The notes under the pieces: generated by a model
Databases searched by the model: none
What the model was told of the DNA's origin: nothing
What the model saw: only the letters and a program-made list of their open reading frames with translations
Program-made: the position numbers and the translations under genes
Part shown: positions 1 to 13,374 of the stretch, one piece after another
Position numbering within the stretch: the stretch's first letter is position 1
Layout of the letters: each line of letters begins with the position of its first letter
From: Dendrobates tinctorius
Lineage: Eukaryota
DNA length: 64,000 nt
NCBI RefSeq assembly: GCF_039654945.1
Contig: NW_027361792.1
Coordinates: forward strand, 4,092,001 to 4,156,000
Reading direction: 5' to 3'

Positions 1-347
1 AACTCCAAATAAGACTCGCCGCATCCTCAGAAATTGCACAACCTGATGAATATCTCCGATATTAACAAAAAGTGTGAGCGGGGAGCAAGTTGCCAGATGG
101 GACAAGTGCACAGATGCTATCGAGACGTATACGCTAGATATTTACTTGGAACAGGTACAAATCTGCTACATTCATAAGTTAAAGGTACATACAGGATAGC
201 AATACAGAGATGTTGGAGCTGTCCTCTTAGCTATAGGGGGTGTAATGGTAGCAGTAATATCCAGTTCTTCATATTGCCTAGACAGTCTGGAGGCAAGAGG
301 GGCACTCACTGTTTTGGAGAACTGAGCATTCCCTGGGTGAGGCTTAA

Positions 348-711
348 AGGGAACCTTGTCACTTGTCATACATTTGTAATTTTTTCCCCTAGTGTAAATG
401 CCACTTTTTTCCTTAATCTGGTATTGTTTTTCTTTTGTTCCTGTGCCTCTCGAATCCTGAGATATTGCCCCCTCTTCTCTGTATTTAAATATTATGCAAC
501 TGGGGATGGCCCTCAAAAAGACACCTACAGAGAAGAGTTAAGGGCCACACCCACTTTACTGAAAAGGCTAGATTTATACACAGGGAACAGGAGGCCATAT
601 CTCAGGAATGGAGAGGCGCAGGAACAAAAGAAAAACAGTACTGGATGCAGAAGAACAGCTGCATTTTACCCAAGGAAAAAATACAGATTTATGATAAGTG
701 ACCGGTCTCCT
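348..711. mobile_element. TTAA-targeting MITE (T2/Kolobok-like)
   Basis: TTAA at 344-347 and 712-715. The imperfect long terminal inverted repeats begin AGGGAACC.TGTCACTTGTCATA and (reverse) AGGAGACCGGTCACTTATCATA. Confidence 0.7.
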
Positions 712-1419
712 TTAAGAGGGTTCTGAACTAAATTTTAAGACATTTTAAAACCATCTCTAATGTCCTTTAATAATTAAACAAAATCTCTCAGGTACCGATC
801 TCGTCTTGTGTTTTTATTTCTTCATATAATCTGATCCTTTCCCTCTCTCCCCTCTTATACTGTTTGTTGTGATCCCAAAATTTCCCTTCCTCCCGAATAA
901 GTTTTCCGCTATCACTTACTTTGGCCTCTAGCAGTCTGGAATGCCTACTGTCACTCATCCATATTCATTCCCACTCACTTAAATGCCATTGTTACACTCA
1001 CAGCATGGAAAGCAGTGCAGAAAAAGCCCATGCTAGACCCAGCCCCAGGTGACTGATACAGCAGTGATATTCTGTACAAATCCAAAGCCAAGATGGAGGT
1101 CACATCGAACATGACATCACAGAAAGGAAGGAAAGATCATGTTTGGATACAAAAGTGGTGATAGACAGTATTTAGAAAACATTTATTTACAGCTGCTTGG
1201 ATTGATACAGGCAAAAATAAACCATATTGGTCCAACCCTTTAAATGTCCAAATTTCGCCTAGTAGAATGTCAGTAAATAGGAGACCCTAGTATTATAAAT
1301 GGCACATTCTAGATCAAGGGCCCTGTTAAAGATTTTGCATTGGAGCCCAGGAACTGTAAGTTATCCTTTGGTATCCAATAGCTCTGTTACTCAGGTAGGA
1401 ATTAGTAAGGATCACTACA

Positions 1420-1801
1420 CAGGATAGGACATCAATGTTTGATCAGGCAGGGTCCAACACTCAGCATCTCCACCAATCAGTCGCTATTGGTGGTGGCAGC
1501 GGCAGGCGGCCGGAAGTACTTACCTGCGGAGCTTAGCCGTCTACTTACGGTGGCCGTCGCAGTTTGCTCCACATCCGCCTCCTATTCAATTCAATAGGAG
1601 GCTGATGTGCAGTAACAAGCCCCGGCCACTACAAGTAGACGGCAAAGCTCCGCAAGTAAGTGCTTCCAGCTGCCTGCCGCCGCCAGCACCAATAACAGTT
1701 GATCTGCGGAAGTGCCGAGTGCCAGACCTCAGCCGATCAGACATCGATGCCCTATCCTAAGAATAAGTCATCAATGTAAACATAGTAGACAACTTCTTTA
1801 A
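1420..1801. mobile_element. Palindromic MITE (T2-like), degenerate
   Basis: Imperfect ~170-bp inverted arms centred on CCTCCTATTCAATTCAATAGGAGG (~1578-1601). The right end terminates in ...CTTCTTTAA. Confidence 0.6.
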
Positions 1802-4427
1802 GTTTACCACAAGTCTGTAACATAATTAGGCCTCTCAGCTTCTGTGTGAAGTTGAGCACATAACAGTGAAGATCTGTGATCAAGATTCATAATAATTAAC
1901 TTTTGTGAACTTTGACCAGACCTACTTGTAGAGTGAGATAATGGTTGTATCCACAGTAAAACATGAGCTATATGTGGTGATTTCCTAACAAATTGTCTCT
2001 TCTGGTCAACCATAGTAATTGGGTTGGTCATTATTGCAATTACTTGCTAAGAAAGTCTTCATATTTCCTTGGCTAGGTCAGTGTCATAATATTTTTGACA
2101 TATCCTACTCCTTATCATTTGCCCTGCAAAGGTTTTGTATGTCATGTCAAGATACTGTTATTTAGGGTTTTGAGCAGGTCCGTTTCGATAAAAATGGGGC
2201 CAATGACTCAAGCAATGAAGAACCTTTTTAGACAGTTATTTCAGTTTGACATATGGTGCCAAGAAAAGCCAGCCTTCTCTGGACCGAGAAGTCATGGCCA
2301 ACAGTCACCAGAAGACTGAAGCCACCAATAGGCTGCAGGATCAGGCGAGGGTAGTTAAAATATAACCCTCTTCTACAACGGCAGAGATAGATGGAGCAAA
2401 GGGTGAATTCTGGGAGTAAGTATCCTTCCTTTAATTTGGAAGCGTACCTTTCCATTGCTAAATTTTAATCAAGACCGAAAAACCTCTTTAAACGGGATCG
2501 GCCAATGAACAACATTTAGGATTGGTGGGTTTGCCACCCACGGAACTTTCAACAATCACAAGAACATGGATCCTTTGCTTCCCTGCTAGGAGGATCACTG
2601 GTTTTGCAAGATACCTATTATGCCATATATAAATGATGGGATGATTGTAACGGTATTATTTATGTGGGTCCAACACTCCTTTGAAATGGAGGGTATGAAA
2701 CAATTAAAGCAAATGGGGAACATACTTCACCACTTTGTCATCCAAACACAGCACATGAGGCCATCACTCTTTTGATCGTAGAAGTCCTACCGAAGGGACC
2801 CCTATCAATTCTGATCAATGAAGCATTCCTGCATAAATGTTGCTCATGGACATCCCTCTTAAGACCTCAAGTAGTTGTGGCCTACAGGTAATATGTTCAA
2901 CTTGGTTTACTTTCCTTTTTAGCTCAGTCTTTTTGTGACTAGTCTGCCAGTATAAATGGATGTTCATGGACCCTGCACATCTTCAGCCGATAGGATTTCA
3001 ACCAAATTGCCTCTTCGTCCAGAAGTACGTCCCTAACAGAGGGGTTGAATATATTTAGGTGTTATGGAAGACAACTACTTACTGACACCCCAGGAAGCCA
3101 TACTACTTATTCTCCACTTATCCTAAGTGTTTACTAAGTGGCCATACCATTGCTCCCTCCTGTAAAGACGTTGGCCAACCGCAAACCATAAATAAGCCAA
3201 GCCGACTGTGTCTCCAGAGAGAATGTGGAAGTGGTTTTGCTAATCACAATATTTTTCCCATTTTACGCATCTCTTCTTCTTTAGATATAATCCTGTGGTG
3301 CCTTTTTTCACTCAGACTGTAAACATTTTAGCTGAAGCAAATCTGGTAATACATGGCTTAAAATAAACCTGTCTCCTGCTTCACTGGGATTTATTGTCAA
3401 GAAAATATTTGTCGCATTCCTAATGTGTGTTTGGTCTAACCTGCGCGCTGTTAGGGGGAAGAGGGCAGCTTGGTATAAAACATAAGGTAGACCATTATAA
3501 GCTGCAATAAATAAAAGGTGGAACAGATTGAGCCTGAGCATGCTTTATAAAGGGACAATTTAGAAAATGTTCTCACTCCAAGACAATATTGAAAAATCTA
3601 GTTTAGGATAATCAATCTAACAAGAAGTTAAGACAGCTGGTTTCGCCGTGATATACAATGTATATCTGGTGAAATATCTGGGGTCTTCTAACCTCTGGTG
3701 GTCCTCTCACCTGGTGGCATTATGCAAAGAGAGCTCAGTACTATGGCACAAATAACTAAGCATTAGTTGATTCAACCCCAACTTCGTAAAGACAGGTGTG
3801 GCACTCCTGAGGGTTCAGTCACCACAGAGGTACTGCACCTCCTCCTGAGGTGTGGTACCCCACTATCCAGGTAAGGTGAAGAAACCTGACCACACTCCAA
3901 CACTCACATCCCACACGCACACCAGTAGTGTAGCAGAGCAACCTTTGTGGCTCCCTGCTTGGAACACGAAGAGTGCTGGGAGGTGGGTGGAGCTTAGACT
4001 GCACAAGAGAGAGGGAGAATATTAGGAAAGGGTCAGTCTGTGAGAGGAGATCCCTTGAGAGGGATGGAGGGAAGGAAGTGCTGCAGCAGACTCCTGTGAC
4101 CTGGAGCTGCTGGCACAGGAAAGAGCCATAGAAAGCCTGATTCTTCAGAAGGAAGAAAGATTAGTGCGGAACGTAAGGAGAAAAGAACTAAGGACTAGGG
4201 TCAGAGCAGAGCCCTTCCTCAAGTATGAAGCGCACTGCCGGAGTCCGGTCTCCGAGGTTGTATGAATACTGATGTTCCTGCAGCAGAAACCGGAGGAATA
4301 GAAGTCGTCACCACTTTATTCCCATCTAAGACTCGGGGGCACAACAGCAACTTTGGTGAGCCGGGACATGATAGCAAGGAGTCCCCGAAGCAGGCTACAG
4401 CTGTCTGCCGTACAAATAGAGTTCTAA

Positions 4428-5080
4428 AAACACACATGTGACATGCACACATGTGAACACGTCGATCAGACAATGCTCACACCACCTACTAACTGAGATA
4501 CAACAAGAAAACACAGAATGACAGATTTGCAAAAATACTCTGCAATAAAAAATGGCAGTAATCAGCTAGTGCTGGATAACAAATACAGGGTATTTAGTCG
4601 ATACTTTTTTTGCGCAAAAAAAATGTACACCAAGCTGCTCCACCACGTCAAGGTAACCCTATTGAAGCAGTCCCTATCTAATGTATTAAAAACCTGAACA
4701 TGTGAACAGTGTCTAATATGAACAGGATTCAGACAGGCCGCTCCCTAATATGGGCTTGTGGTCTGAGACAGCTCTTATGTGCATGTCACACAAGAGAGGG
4801 GTGGGGTCTCCCAAACCATGCCAAGCTAGGAAAAAAATACAGATTAAAAACACACGTGACATGCACACATGTGAACACGTCGAACAGACAATGCTCACAC
4901 CACCCACTAACTGAGATACAACAAGAAAATACAGATTTGCAAAAATACTCTGCAATAAAAAATGGCAGTAATCAGCAAGTGCTGGATAAGTATTTGTTAT
5001 CCAGCACTTGCTGATTACTGCCATTTTTTATTGTAGAGTATTTTTGCAAATCTGTCATTCTGTGTTTTCTTGTTGTATCT
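4428..5080 (-). mobile_element. Non-autonomous tandem retroelement (~420-bp monomer x1.35 plus fold-back segment), Penelope-type structure, carrying an HDV-like ribozyme
   Basis: Direct repeat 4425-4579 / 4845-4989. Segment 4990-5082 is the reverse complement of 4493-4586. TSD CAA(A/G)TAGAGTTCTAA at 4413-4427 and 5081-5095. The empty site is present in the paralogous LTR near 29075-29100. Confidence 0.75.
4585..4670 (-). ncRNA. Candidate HDV/CPEB3-like self-cleaving ribozyme
   Basis: Minus strand folds as: P1 CUGCUUC/GGAGCAG, P2 AUAGGGU/ACCCUGU, P3 ACC/GGU, L3 UUGACGU, P1.1 G-C, P4 hairpin, J4/2 CUAA with the candidate catalytic C at 4597. The +1 pair is an atypical C-G. Confidence 0.55.
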
Positions 5081-7270
5081 CAAGTAGAGTTCTAAGTAAC
5101 ATCAAGAAGGAGGAACTTGAGTTTAATACGCAACTACAAGTACTTCAGATTAGGCGCTAGTGTGGAGACGTTCAGAGAAGGCACATGTTGGAGGAGTGCT
5201 GGAAAGGTGTACTTTACCTTGCCTGGGAGTTGGCTGAGCCCCTGACCTGGAGGACATGGCACTGAAGTGGGCATCTGTGCGCACCAGACTGTGAGTAAAG
5301 CCTTTGGAACTACATGCCCTTGTGTCCTCCACTTATTCCTGCGCCTTGCACCCGGCTCTGCTGCATCTACTTGTTTACACCACCTCCCCATTTACCAACC
5401 TCATATACTCTGCCCTGGGACTACAGCTCCACCTGTGGGGAGCTTCATCATCATTGCGGCACCACACCATCTGTCCCAGAGAAGCAACTCTGCAGCGCTG
5501 GTCAAACTGACCAGAAACCACAGATGGCGTCACGAATCATCCACTTATAAACTTTAATCAGCCACATTTCACCCCTTTTACATGGACGCCAAGGGCCACG
5601 GACCGGGTCACCACTACTGTGACACTTCCCTCTGAGATACCGGCCCAATACCGAGTACCCCACTGCCCTGGCGGGCGATCCACAGGCACAATGGGAAAAC
5701 TCATGTCCAAATGGCGTTGGTGGGAGCTATTCAAGAAGACAGGACTTGGTTCAATACCACTTGTTATGGTCTTAGGCTGGCACCTGCCTAATAAAGCCAA
5801 GTATCAAGACAGTATTTCTAGACCAAGTTCTGCGCCTTCGAATATTTCCCTTCAGCGCCAACTGGACCTAATATTTATGTGTCTTCTTTAGGTGAGGTAA
5901 CCTTTTTGCACCCACTTTGATTTGCTTGGTTAAATTTTAGGTTTACATTGGAAACCTAAAGGGGAGGTTATAGCCAATTATACAGTATATATGGAAATCG
6001 CCTATAAAGCCCTTCAGAGGCAGAACTTGAAACTCCTGGATCCAATGCATAATCAGTAAAAGGGTTTCCGCCTGCATGTGCCATTTAAAAAATTAACTAT
6101 AGGAGAAGGATCGGCGGTGGTATCCAGGCGCTGCCAACAATGTCACAAGTATTGCAGCTGTGTGTAACTACTAACCCTCTACCCCATACCTCTGCATATA
6201 GCTACACCCTGATAACAAAAAATATGTACGTTAGGAAAATGCTATCAGGTTTTTCCCCTTGTGAGCAGTAACCTTTTAAATACGAAGACCATATGGAGAC
6301 CAATTCCCAGTGCTTTTCCTGTAGTCAGAACTTCTGATCTTTGGGTCTATGGGTTCACCAGAGGTGAAGTCATGCATAGGCGCATACATAGTGGAAAGGC
6401 CAGCTCATAGCAAAGTTCAGCACAGGTCTCTAATTTGTGCTAGTCGTTCTCTTTGTTGCTTTGATTTTTGGTATTTCACCTTTTGTTTGCCAATATTATT
6501 GGACTTGTGGAGAGGAGAATGTTCTGTCCTCTAGTCTATTCCCTTTACCTTACATAAAGAAGTCAAATATTTGCAATGATCAATCTAAGAATCGATATTA
6601 GTAGTAGCTAGATAACGTTGAAGGCAACTACATTGGTGCTTCAAGGACCAGTTGGGACTCCATGCCTGCTCAAGCCTACTTACAAGCTATGTGAATAAGT
6701 AGACTATGATGACATGATACGTAAATGTGATAGGCAGATTCTCAAAAGTCTATTTTTTTTTTTTCTTTTTTTAACAAAGCCTATAAGTTTTCTTCAGAGT
6801 CTATGGAGAAGACTAAACAGACAGGGTGGGAAAAAGAATGAAAATGTTCCAAACTTGGGCATGAACTGGAAAGTTAATAACTTCAAAAATATTTGTTCAA
6901 GTGTCTGCCTTGAGATGATGAAAAATATAAGTAGAGAAATATGTATAAAAAAGAATCCATGTAATTGATACGGTCTAATCGTCTAATCTTTCTCACGATC
7001 TAGACAATGTGATGAGCTGCAAGCGATGAATGATAATTTCTCATATGTTCTGTCGCAGAAACCTTTCACAGTGTTAAATACCATAGAAATCCATATTTGG
7101 AGTCTAACATGGTACAAAAAAATAGAACCCAAATGTACTTCTTTAGTATTTTATATTTTGTTTAACTCTATCCTATATAGGTCACCAAGCCGAGCAATAG
7201 CTTGAGGCCACCGGAAACCAACTTGGCCAGTCCATTTTTGACAGGTGACAGTCGGGTGTTGGCCATCTAA

Positions 7271-7651
7271 GGCCTATTTCACACATTAGTTTTTTTGGTC
7301 AGTGAAAATCCGCTAAGAGAGAGAGAGAGAGAATTTTTCAGCCGCCAGAACAGAGTTTAGGGTTAAATTTGCGGCTGAGTGAAGTCTTTCGGGCATGCGC
7401 AGTGAAAAATGCGGATCCGGCCGCCCGAAAAAATGTTGCATGGTCCGTTCGGGCATGTCGGCGGACGTCAAAATTTTGGCGGATCCGCAAAAAAAAAAAG
7501 ATCCAACGGATGGCCATCTGTCAAGATCTGCCGGTAATGCAACTCAATGGGAAAAAAAACAGATCCACCAAGAAAAATGGCGGATCCGTTTTTTTTTTTG
7601 CAAAACGGCGGATTTTGACTGATGGACACAAACAGATGTGTGAAACAGGCC
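7271..7651. mobile_element. PIF/Harbinger-type MITE
   Basis: TAA TSD and TIRs GGCCT(A/G)TTTCACAC. Same family as 42312-42814. Confidence 0.75.
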
Positions 7652-8144
7652 TAAGCGTTTAGTCAAAATTTAAAGGGGTTGTCTGGTGAAATTAAGATAT
7701 CACCCATCAATAAAATGGGTAATAACTTGTAGATCGGTGGGGTCTAACTGCAGGAACCCCCACTTATAGGCAGGGCTGAGCACATTTATCCCTGTTAGAA
7801 TGGAGTCTTCAGGACTTCTGCGCCATTTCATCTCTTTGAACTTGCCAATTTTTTCCAGCAGCCCCACAGAGAATGAATCGAGTGGTGGTCAAGCATGTGT
7901 ACTGCTGCTCCATTTTGTTGATTTGTGGGAATCCCATCAGTCAGCCCCAATGATCCTCTTCACCATCTCAGCACTAGGCATGAGAAAGAAAAGGGCTGGC
8001 TTAGCTACTGAAATAAACCAGGCAACAAGTCTAACCATTAAACCATTAGCAACATAGAGAGAAAGAAAAAGCTCTCTGGCTGTGTCTGATCAACAATTGT
8101 TACATTTCCAGGACCATAAAACACAGTCTGATATCAAATGTTTG

Positions 8145-8652
8145 GTGCAGAGGAGAGAGAGGAGAGAGGAAAAGTAGAGGAAAGGGAAGAAATACAGAGA
8201 AGAGGGGAACTGGAGAGGAGAGAGGATAAAGAAGAGATGGTAAATGGAGAGAGGAAAATTAGAGAAGAGAGAGAGGAGATTGGAAATGGAGAGAAAGAAA
8301 GAGGAGATGGGAAATGGAGAGAGAAGAGAGATGGAAAGGAGGGGGGAAATGGAGAGGAGAGAGAGGAGAAAGAGGAGAGAGGAGATGGGAAATGGAGAAG
8401 AGAAATGGAGGGGAGAGAGGAGAAAGGAAATGGACAGGAGAAGGGAAATGAAGAGGAGAGAGGGGTAATGGGAAGTAAAAGGGAAACAGAGAGAGGAGAG
8501 GAGAAATGGAGAGGAGAGAGGGAAAATGGAGAGGCGAGAGAGGGGTAATGGAGTGTAGAGGCGAAATGGAAAAGAGACAGGAAATGAGAGGAGAGTGGAA
8601 ATGGAGTGGAGAGAGTGGGAGAGAAGGATGGATGAGAAGAAAGTAGAGGAGA
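8145..8652 (+). repeat. GA-rich polypurine low-complexity tract
   Basis: About 500 bp of almost pure A/G with recurring GAAATGGAGAG units. Confidence 0.85.
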
Positions 8653-9861
8653 GATTATACGTTCTTTGCTATACAGCTTGGAAGCACTGTTCTGAAGCTG
8701 GCTGGATCATTGGATCCGGTTATCTTGAGCGCGCCAGCCAGGAGGCAGGAAAGCAGCGTGCTTCTGAAAACAGAAGATGCAATAACCCCTTTAAATGTGA
8801 ATTATATAAGGATACATTTTCCCTGGGATGGCACTGCTGGAGGATTGGGCATTTGCTGCTTGGTTTCTCTATTGATTATTGTCGATCATTAGGGTTCTAG
8901 CAGTGGACAAACCCTTTAAATATAGTTTGAAAACACTACTTAGAGACCATGACAATCACACAAGAGTAAGAGAATAAGGTACAACTACATCCATGGGGCT
9001 GAAGCTTTGACCCAGTTTCGTGTCCACCGTACATGACTTTCCCACCCAGTTGCATCTGATTTCTGTTTATTATTAGACACCAATTGCTTCTCTGCTGTGG
9101 GAGCCTCCCGGATGTTGCCTCTTATTTTCTTCTACTTGTGTTTTCTTTTTTTTAATGCTTTGCTGTTTATGTCAAAAGATTTGTTGTTTGTAAAGAGATT
9201 AAAGACTTGTTGGAAAAATATTTAAGAAAGCAATCTGTAGAGAAAACACAAAAATACAAAGTAACACAATGTAACATGGCATAGGTCGCTCGGAGTGTGG
9301 TGTGATGGGCAAGATGAAATTGAGCATGCTTTCTGAAACAACGTATACAAACTAGGAAAAAGGAGAAAATATTGGGTCATTTATGATGGCAGTTTATCCC
9401 ATTTTAAGGAAGATCATACAGGCTGCAATTTATTTTTGTGACATTATTCTACCCAGAAACAGGACGCGAAGCTAAAATCAAAGCAAAATCTGTAACTGTG
9501 TGGCCAAATAACCATGTGCCAATAATAACACAAGAGCCTCTGGAGCTACAGAGGGGCTTTGGGACCAGGGCTTGGGTGCCACTGCTAACTCTACTTTGGG
9601 TTGACTTGTTGGGAACATATTCTATTCTAGTTTAAAAAAAAAATGTTGTACTACATTAAGATATAATACGGACATCTGCTATTTACCTACATAAGCACAT
9701 AGGTTGTGATTTAGATCTATACAATGACAATAGTTGCACTATAAAAAAGCCAGACGGTCCCACTAGAGGACCCTCCTCCGGGGCAACCTGAGACCTGACA
9801 TTACAACATATCTCACCAATAGCAGACGTTGTATCTCGTTTTTGAGAGTGAAGGATAAAGT

Positions 9862-10145
9862 GGGCAGCATGGTGGCTCAGTGGTTAGCACTGCAGCCTTG
9901 CAGCGCTGGAGTCCTGGGTTCGAATCCCACCAAGGACATTATCTGCAAGGAGCTTGTATGTTCTCCCTGTGTTTGCGTGGGTTTCCTCCGGGTTCTCTGG
10001 TTTCCTCCCACATTCCAAAGACATACTGATAGGGAATTGAGATTGTGAGCCCCATCGGGGACAGTGATGAAAATGTGTGCAAACTGTAAGGTGCTGTGGA
10101 ATATGTTAGCGCTATATAAAAAATAAATATTATTATTATTATTAT
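9862..10145 (+). mobile_element. tRNA-derived SINE (V-SINE type) with L2-like tail
   Basis: A box TGGCTCAGTGG, B box GGTTCGAATCC, V-domain-like GTATGTTCTCCCTGTGTTTGCGTGGGTTTCCTCCGG, L2-type 3' stem and (ATT)n tail. Confidence 0.85.
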
Positions 10146-13100
10146 AAGTGATGGTTGCTGGTAGTCTGACTCCTGGAACCTCCATCAGTCTTTCAAAAAC
10201 TGGTCTCTGAAATGCCCTTTTACAATAGATAGATGGCTGTGTATGCAGTCTATGGGACCACCCAGTGATCAGCAAATCATCATCGCTACTAAGGATGGCT
10301 GATGACTTGGGACTTCTCCTGTAATCCTCTTATTCAATTTAGCTTTGTGTTTCCCCACTGCAGGTATTTTCATCTTCTGTGCTGATCTGGTACATGGAGA
10401 AACATCAAATGCAATCCCACCCATTTTACGACCGTGACCCAGTTTATTTCTTGCAGTCCAATAAAACTCAATCAGACTAGCTTGGCTGCCAACCAGTCCT
10501 CCAGAATATCGCTAGGCCTTCCCAGTTTTAGATCTTAGGTTGATATGGGGTGTAATTCTTATAAAGTTGCATTCAATTATTATTTTTATTACGAAAAAAA
10601 TAAATAAAGTAACAATTAAAGCATTAAATATATAAAACTTTTAAAATGACATGCAATATTGTGCAATCGTCATGTTGTGATGAGAGTTCATTTCATATTT
10701 CATTTCAAAGAAGATTTCTATTCCTAAATTGCAGAAAATCATTGGGAAAATAATGTGCATGCTATATTGCGGTGCAATCTTTCATGATAAGTTGCACAGG
10801 GCAGAGCCATGTACATCCCGTGTTTGTAAGCTAGTTCCATATTACAGAGTTGTAAGCACCCCATGTTCCGCTCTTTGTAGCCATTTTATACAAGTATTTT
10901 CCCTTCAACTCCTGTTGTTAAAAACCCTTATTGTGTATTCATATTTTGACAGATCAGACTTTCAGAAACATTACAATACCAAATATGCTTTTTTGGGATA
11001 AGGGAAATGAGGGGTGATTTTATTTTATTTTTAGTCTGCTATTCATTGGCTCTGCTTAGAGCTGTGCTATCACTGGTATAGCACATATGGGGAAAACATA
11101 AATCTGTCATCTCATCCATTTAGCCGCCTGATGTCTGTCCAGGACATAGTGCTTTATATAAGTCAACATAGATTTGGGAAGAACAGCTTAATGTAGCAGG
11201 GAGCAGTTTGGAGCTTTCCGGGGTCAGATGAAGGCTTTATACCTGTGTACTACTAATAGTATGAAAAGCTGGTGAGTATTTCTAGGTATTCACCATCGTG
11301 CTGGCGCAGTGAGGACTGCTGACATAAGATGGGAGATTATGAGACTTTTATTTGTCAGATGGATTTGGACATTATTATAAATAAAAGTCATCCAAGCGGT
11401 AAATCAACAAGATCTCCTAAAGTGAATGAAATGAAGCATAGATAGATATCACCAGGGATAAGGATTAAGGAGAATTGCCTATACATTATAGTCATTACAT
11501 AAACTACACAAGACTGGATTAAAGTAAACTAAGTAGCAGCGCTCAACACCAAGCAGCAGCTACAAAAGCAAATGCTTTTCAGGATAACCTATGTGCGTAC
11601 AAGAGGAATAAGACTATTTCTAATCATTTTCTGCAGGCTCTCTCTCTCTTATTTTTAGTTGTCTCTGAGCTAGTGAGTGTAAACTACCTATTATTATGAC
11701 TCCTATACACAGCACACACATACATGAGGGAATCCTGTTCTCTTGTCTCTATGTGAAACATGTCCAGAAGCAACATGGAGGATGTTATGCAGCAGTACTG
11801 AGCAGTATAGATGTGAATCCAGCTCAGGGATAAGATAAACACTAGAGAGCAGCAGTCTGGAGGACATTCTAATTGTGGTACTTAGCAATGAAGCTGCAAA
11901 TTCAGCTCTGAAGTGAGATAAAACAATTACTAGAAAGTAGCAGCTGGAGTTTGTGGGACATTGCCTTCCTCTTTCGGAGGCTGGGGTCACATGGCCATTG
12001 ATTCTCTCATGCGAGAGAATCGGGACAATTATGCTAATGATGCTCGGCTCAAATTCGGTCAGCGTTTGATCCAAGTGTCACCTTAGTGTGATCCAATTCT
12101 CTGGTATGAGAGAATCGTAGCATAAGTGTGGAGAATACAGAGAACTTAATTTCTACATTTTAGGTGTCTGCAGATGTCGGACTGCACTCGGATGACATCC
12201 AATTGCAGCCCTATTTCACACACACCCATAGACTTGTATGGGTGCATGTAATCTGATTACTGAATGCACTCTCGGCATGCTGCGATTGTTTTCTCATGCT
12301 GAATAGTAAAGAGAAAAAAGCGCTGGTCGGTACTATTCCATACTAGTCTGACTGCTATGCAATAAAGCATCGGTCAGCATTCGGTCATGTTATATGCTCG
12401 TGTGAGCGATCCCTCAGGTTAGATTGTCCACCTTCTCCATTATGCATTATGTCAGACCGTGAAAAATCGGACCGCACTCAAATGACATCCCATTTTTTTC
12501 ACGGACTCTTTGAAATTAATGGACGTTTCCACCCAATTCTCGAGGCAAATTGTACATGCTGCAGTTTCTTTATTCGGACCATCCGGACATGTGCACATAG
12601 AATAACATGGATATGAGTGCTAGCCGTCAAAACCATGGAGAGTACACTTCTGCACCTCTGCAATAGGCAGCTGTAATGATCTCTCAGTGAGCTGGCAATC
12701 CATCTTGCCTTTTGTAAAATGGAGTTTACCAGTTTTTCAGAGTGAATAATGAATACAGGAGGCAGAAGAGAAGTGGCTTATGTTTGGGGAAATGAGCTTA
12801 TATAGGCATAAATTATATATTACAAAGTTACTTATATTTGTTTGTACTATTGATTCATGAAAAGTCTGTTGAAATGACAGCGACCATTGAAATCCTTTAA
12901 ATGGACATGTCCGGTTGTCTATAAGCATTTACATTACTTTATTTTACTCTTTACGACTCAGTACATTGTACCAATGTGTTACCGCTTAGCAGGACATTCG
13001 CTATCAGAGATTTCTTCAGAAAACAGAGAGGAACAGAAAGTTTCCTAGTGTGGAGATCATTTCATTAGGGGGTTTTGGTAGAGAGGTGTGAAGATTAGGG

Positions 13101-13374
13101 TAAGTCAGTGATAGACTTGCAGGGGCAGGTGCTGGTCACTTTGTATTTGTGCCATCTCGGGAGGTTAATAACTGGATTGATCTGACTTTTAGTCAAGTTT
13201 CTTCATCTGCATCTCAGCTGTGAGAAATGTAAAATGATCAAAGCGCAAAGTCTTCGATGAGGGGATCGGAAACTCCAAGCAAGTGCAATATTACATAGCG
13301 GAAAAAGTAGCAATGTCTGATGGAAAAAATGTAGCGTAAAGGCTGAATTGGGGGATTCAGCTGCAGGGGGCATA

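Larger units (their letters stand above)
3797..5682 (+). mobile_element. Solo LTR (Gypsy-like), interrupted by insertion 4428-5080
   Basis: TG...CA termini and 4-bp TSD CAGG (3793-3796 / 5683-5686). Homologous to the inverted copy at 28543-29829. Orientation is relative only. Confidence 0.75.

Noticed and set aside
2166-2230. Possible terminal exon GFEQVRFDKNGANDSSNEEPF*
   Set aside because: Weak acceptor, unrecognised peptide and no supporting upstream exon in the window.
8138-8900. E/R/G-rich ORFs
   Set aside because: Arise from the polypurine low-complexity tract.
9862-9935. tRNA gene
   Set aside because: The A/B boxes belong to a SINE head that continues into a V-domain and LINE tail.
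10364-10480. Acceptor-like site followed by short open frames
   Set aside because: No recognisable protein and no donor or partner exon.
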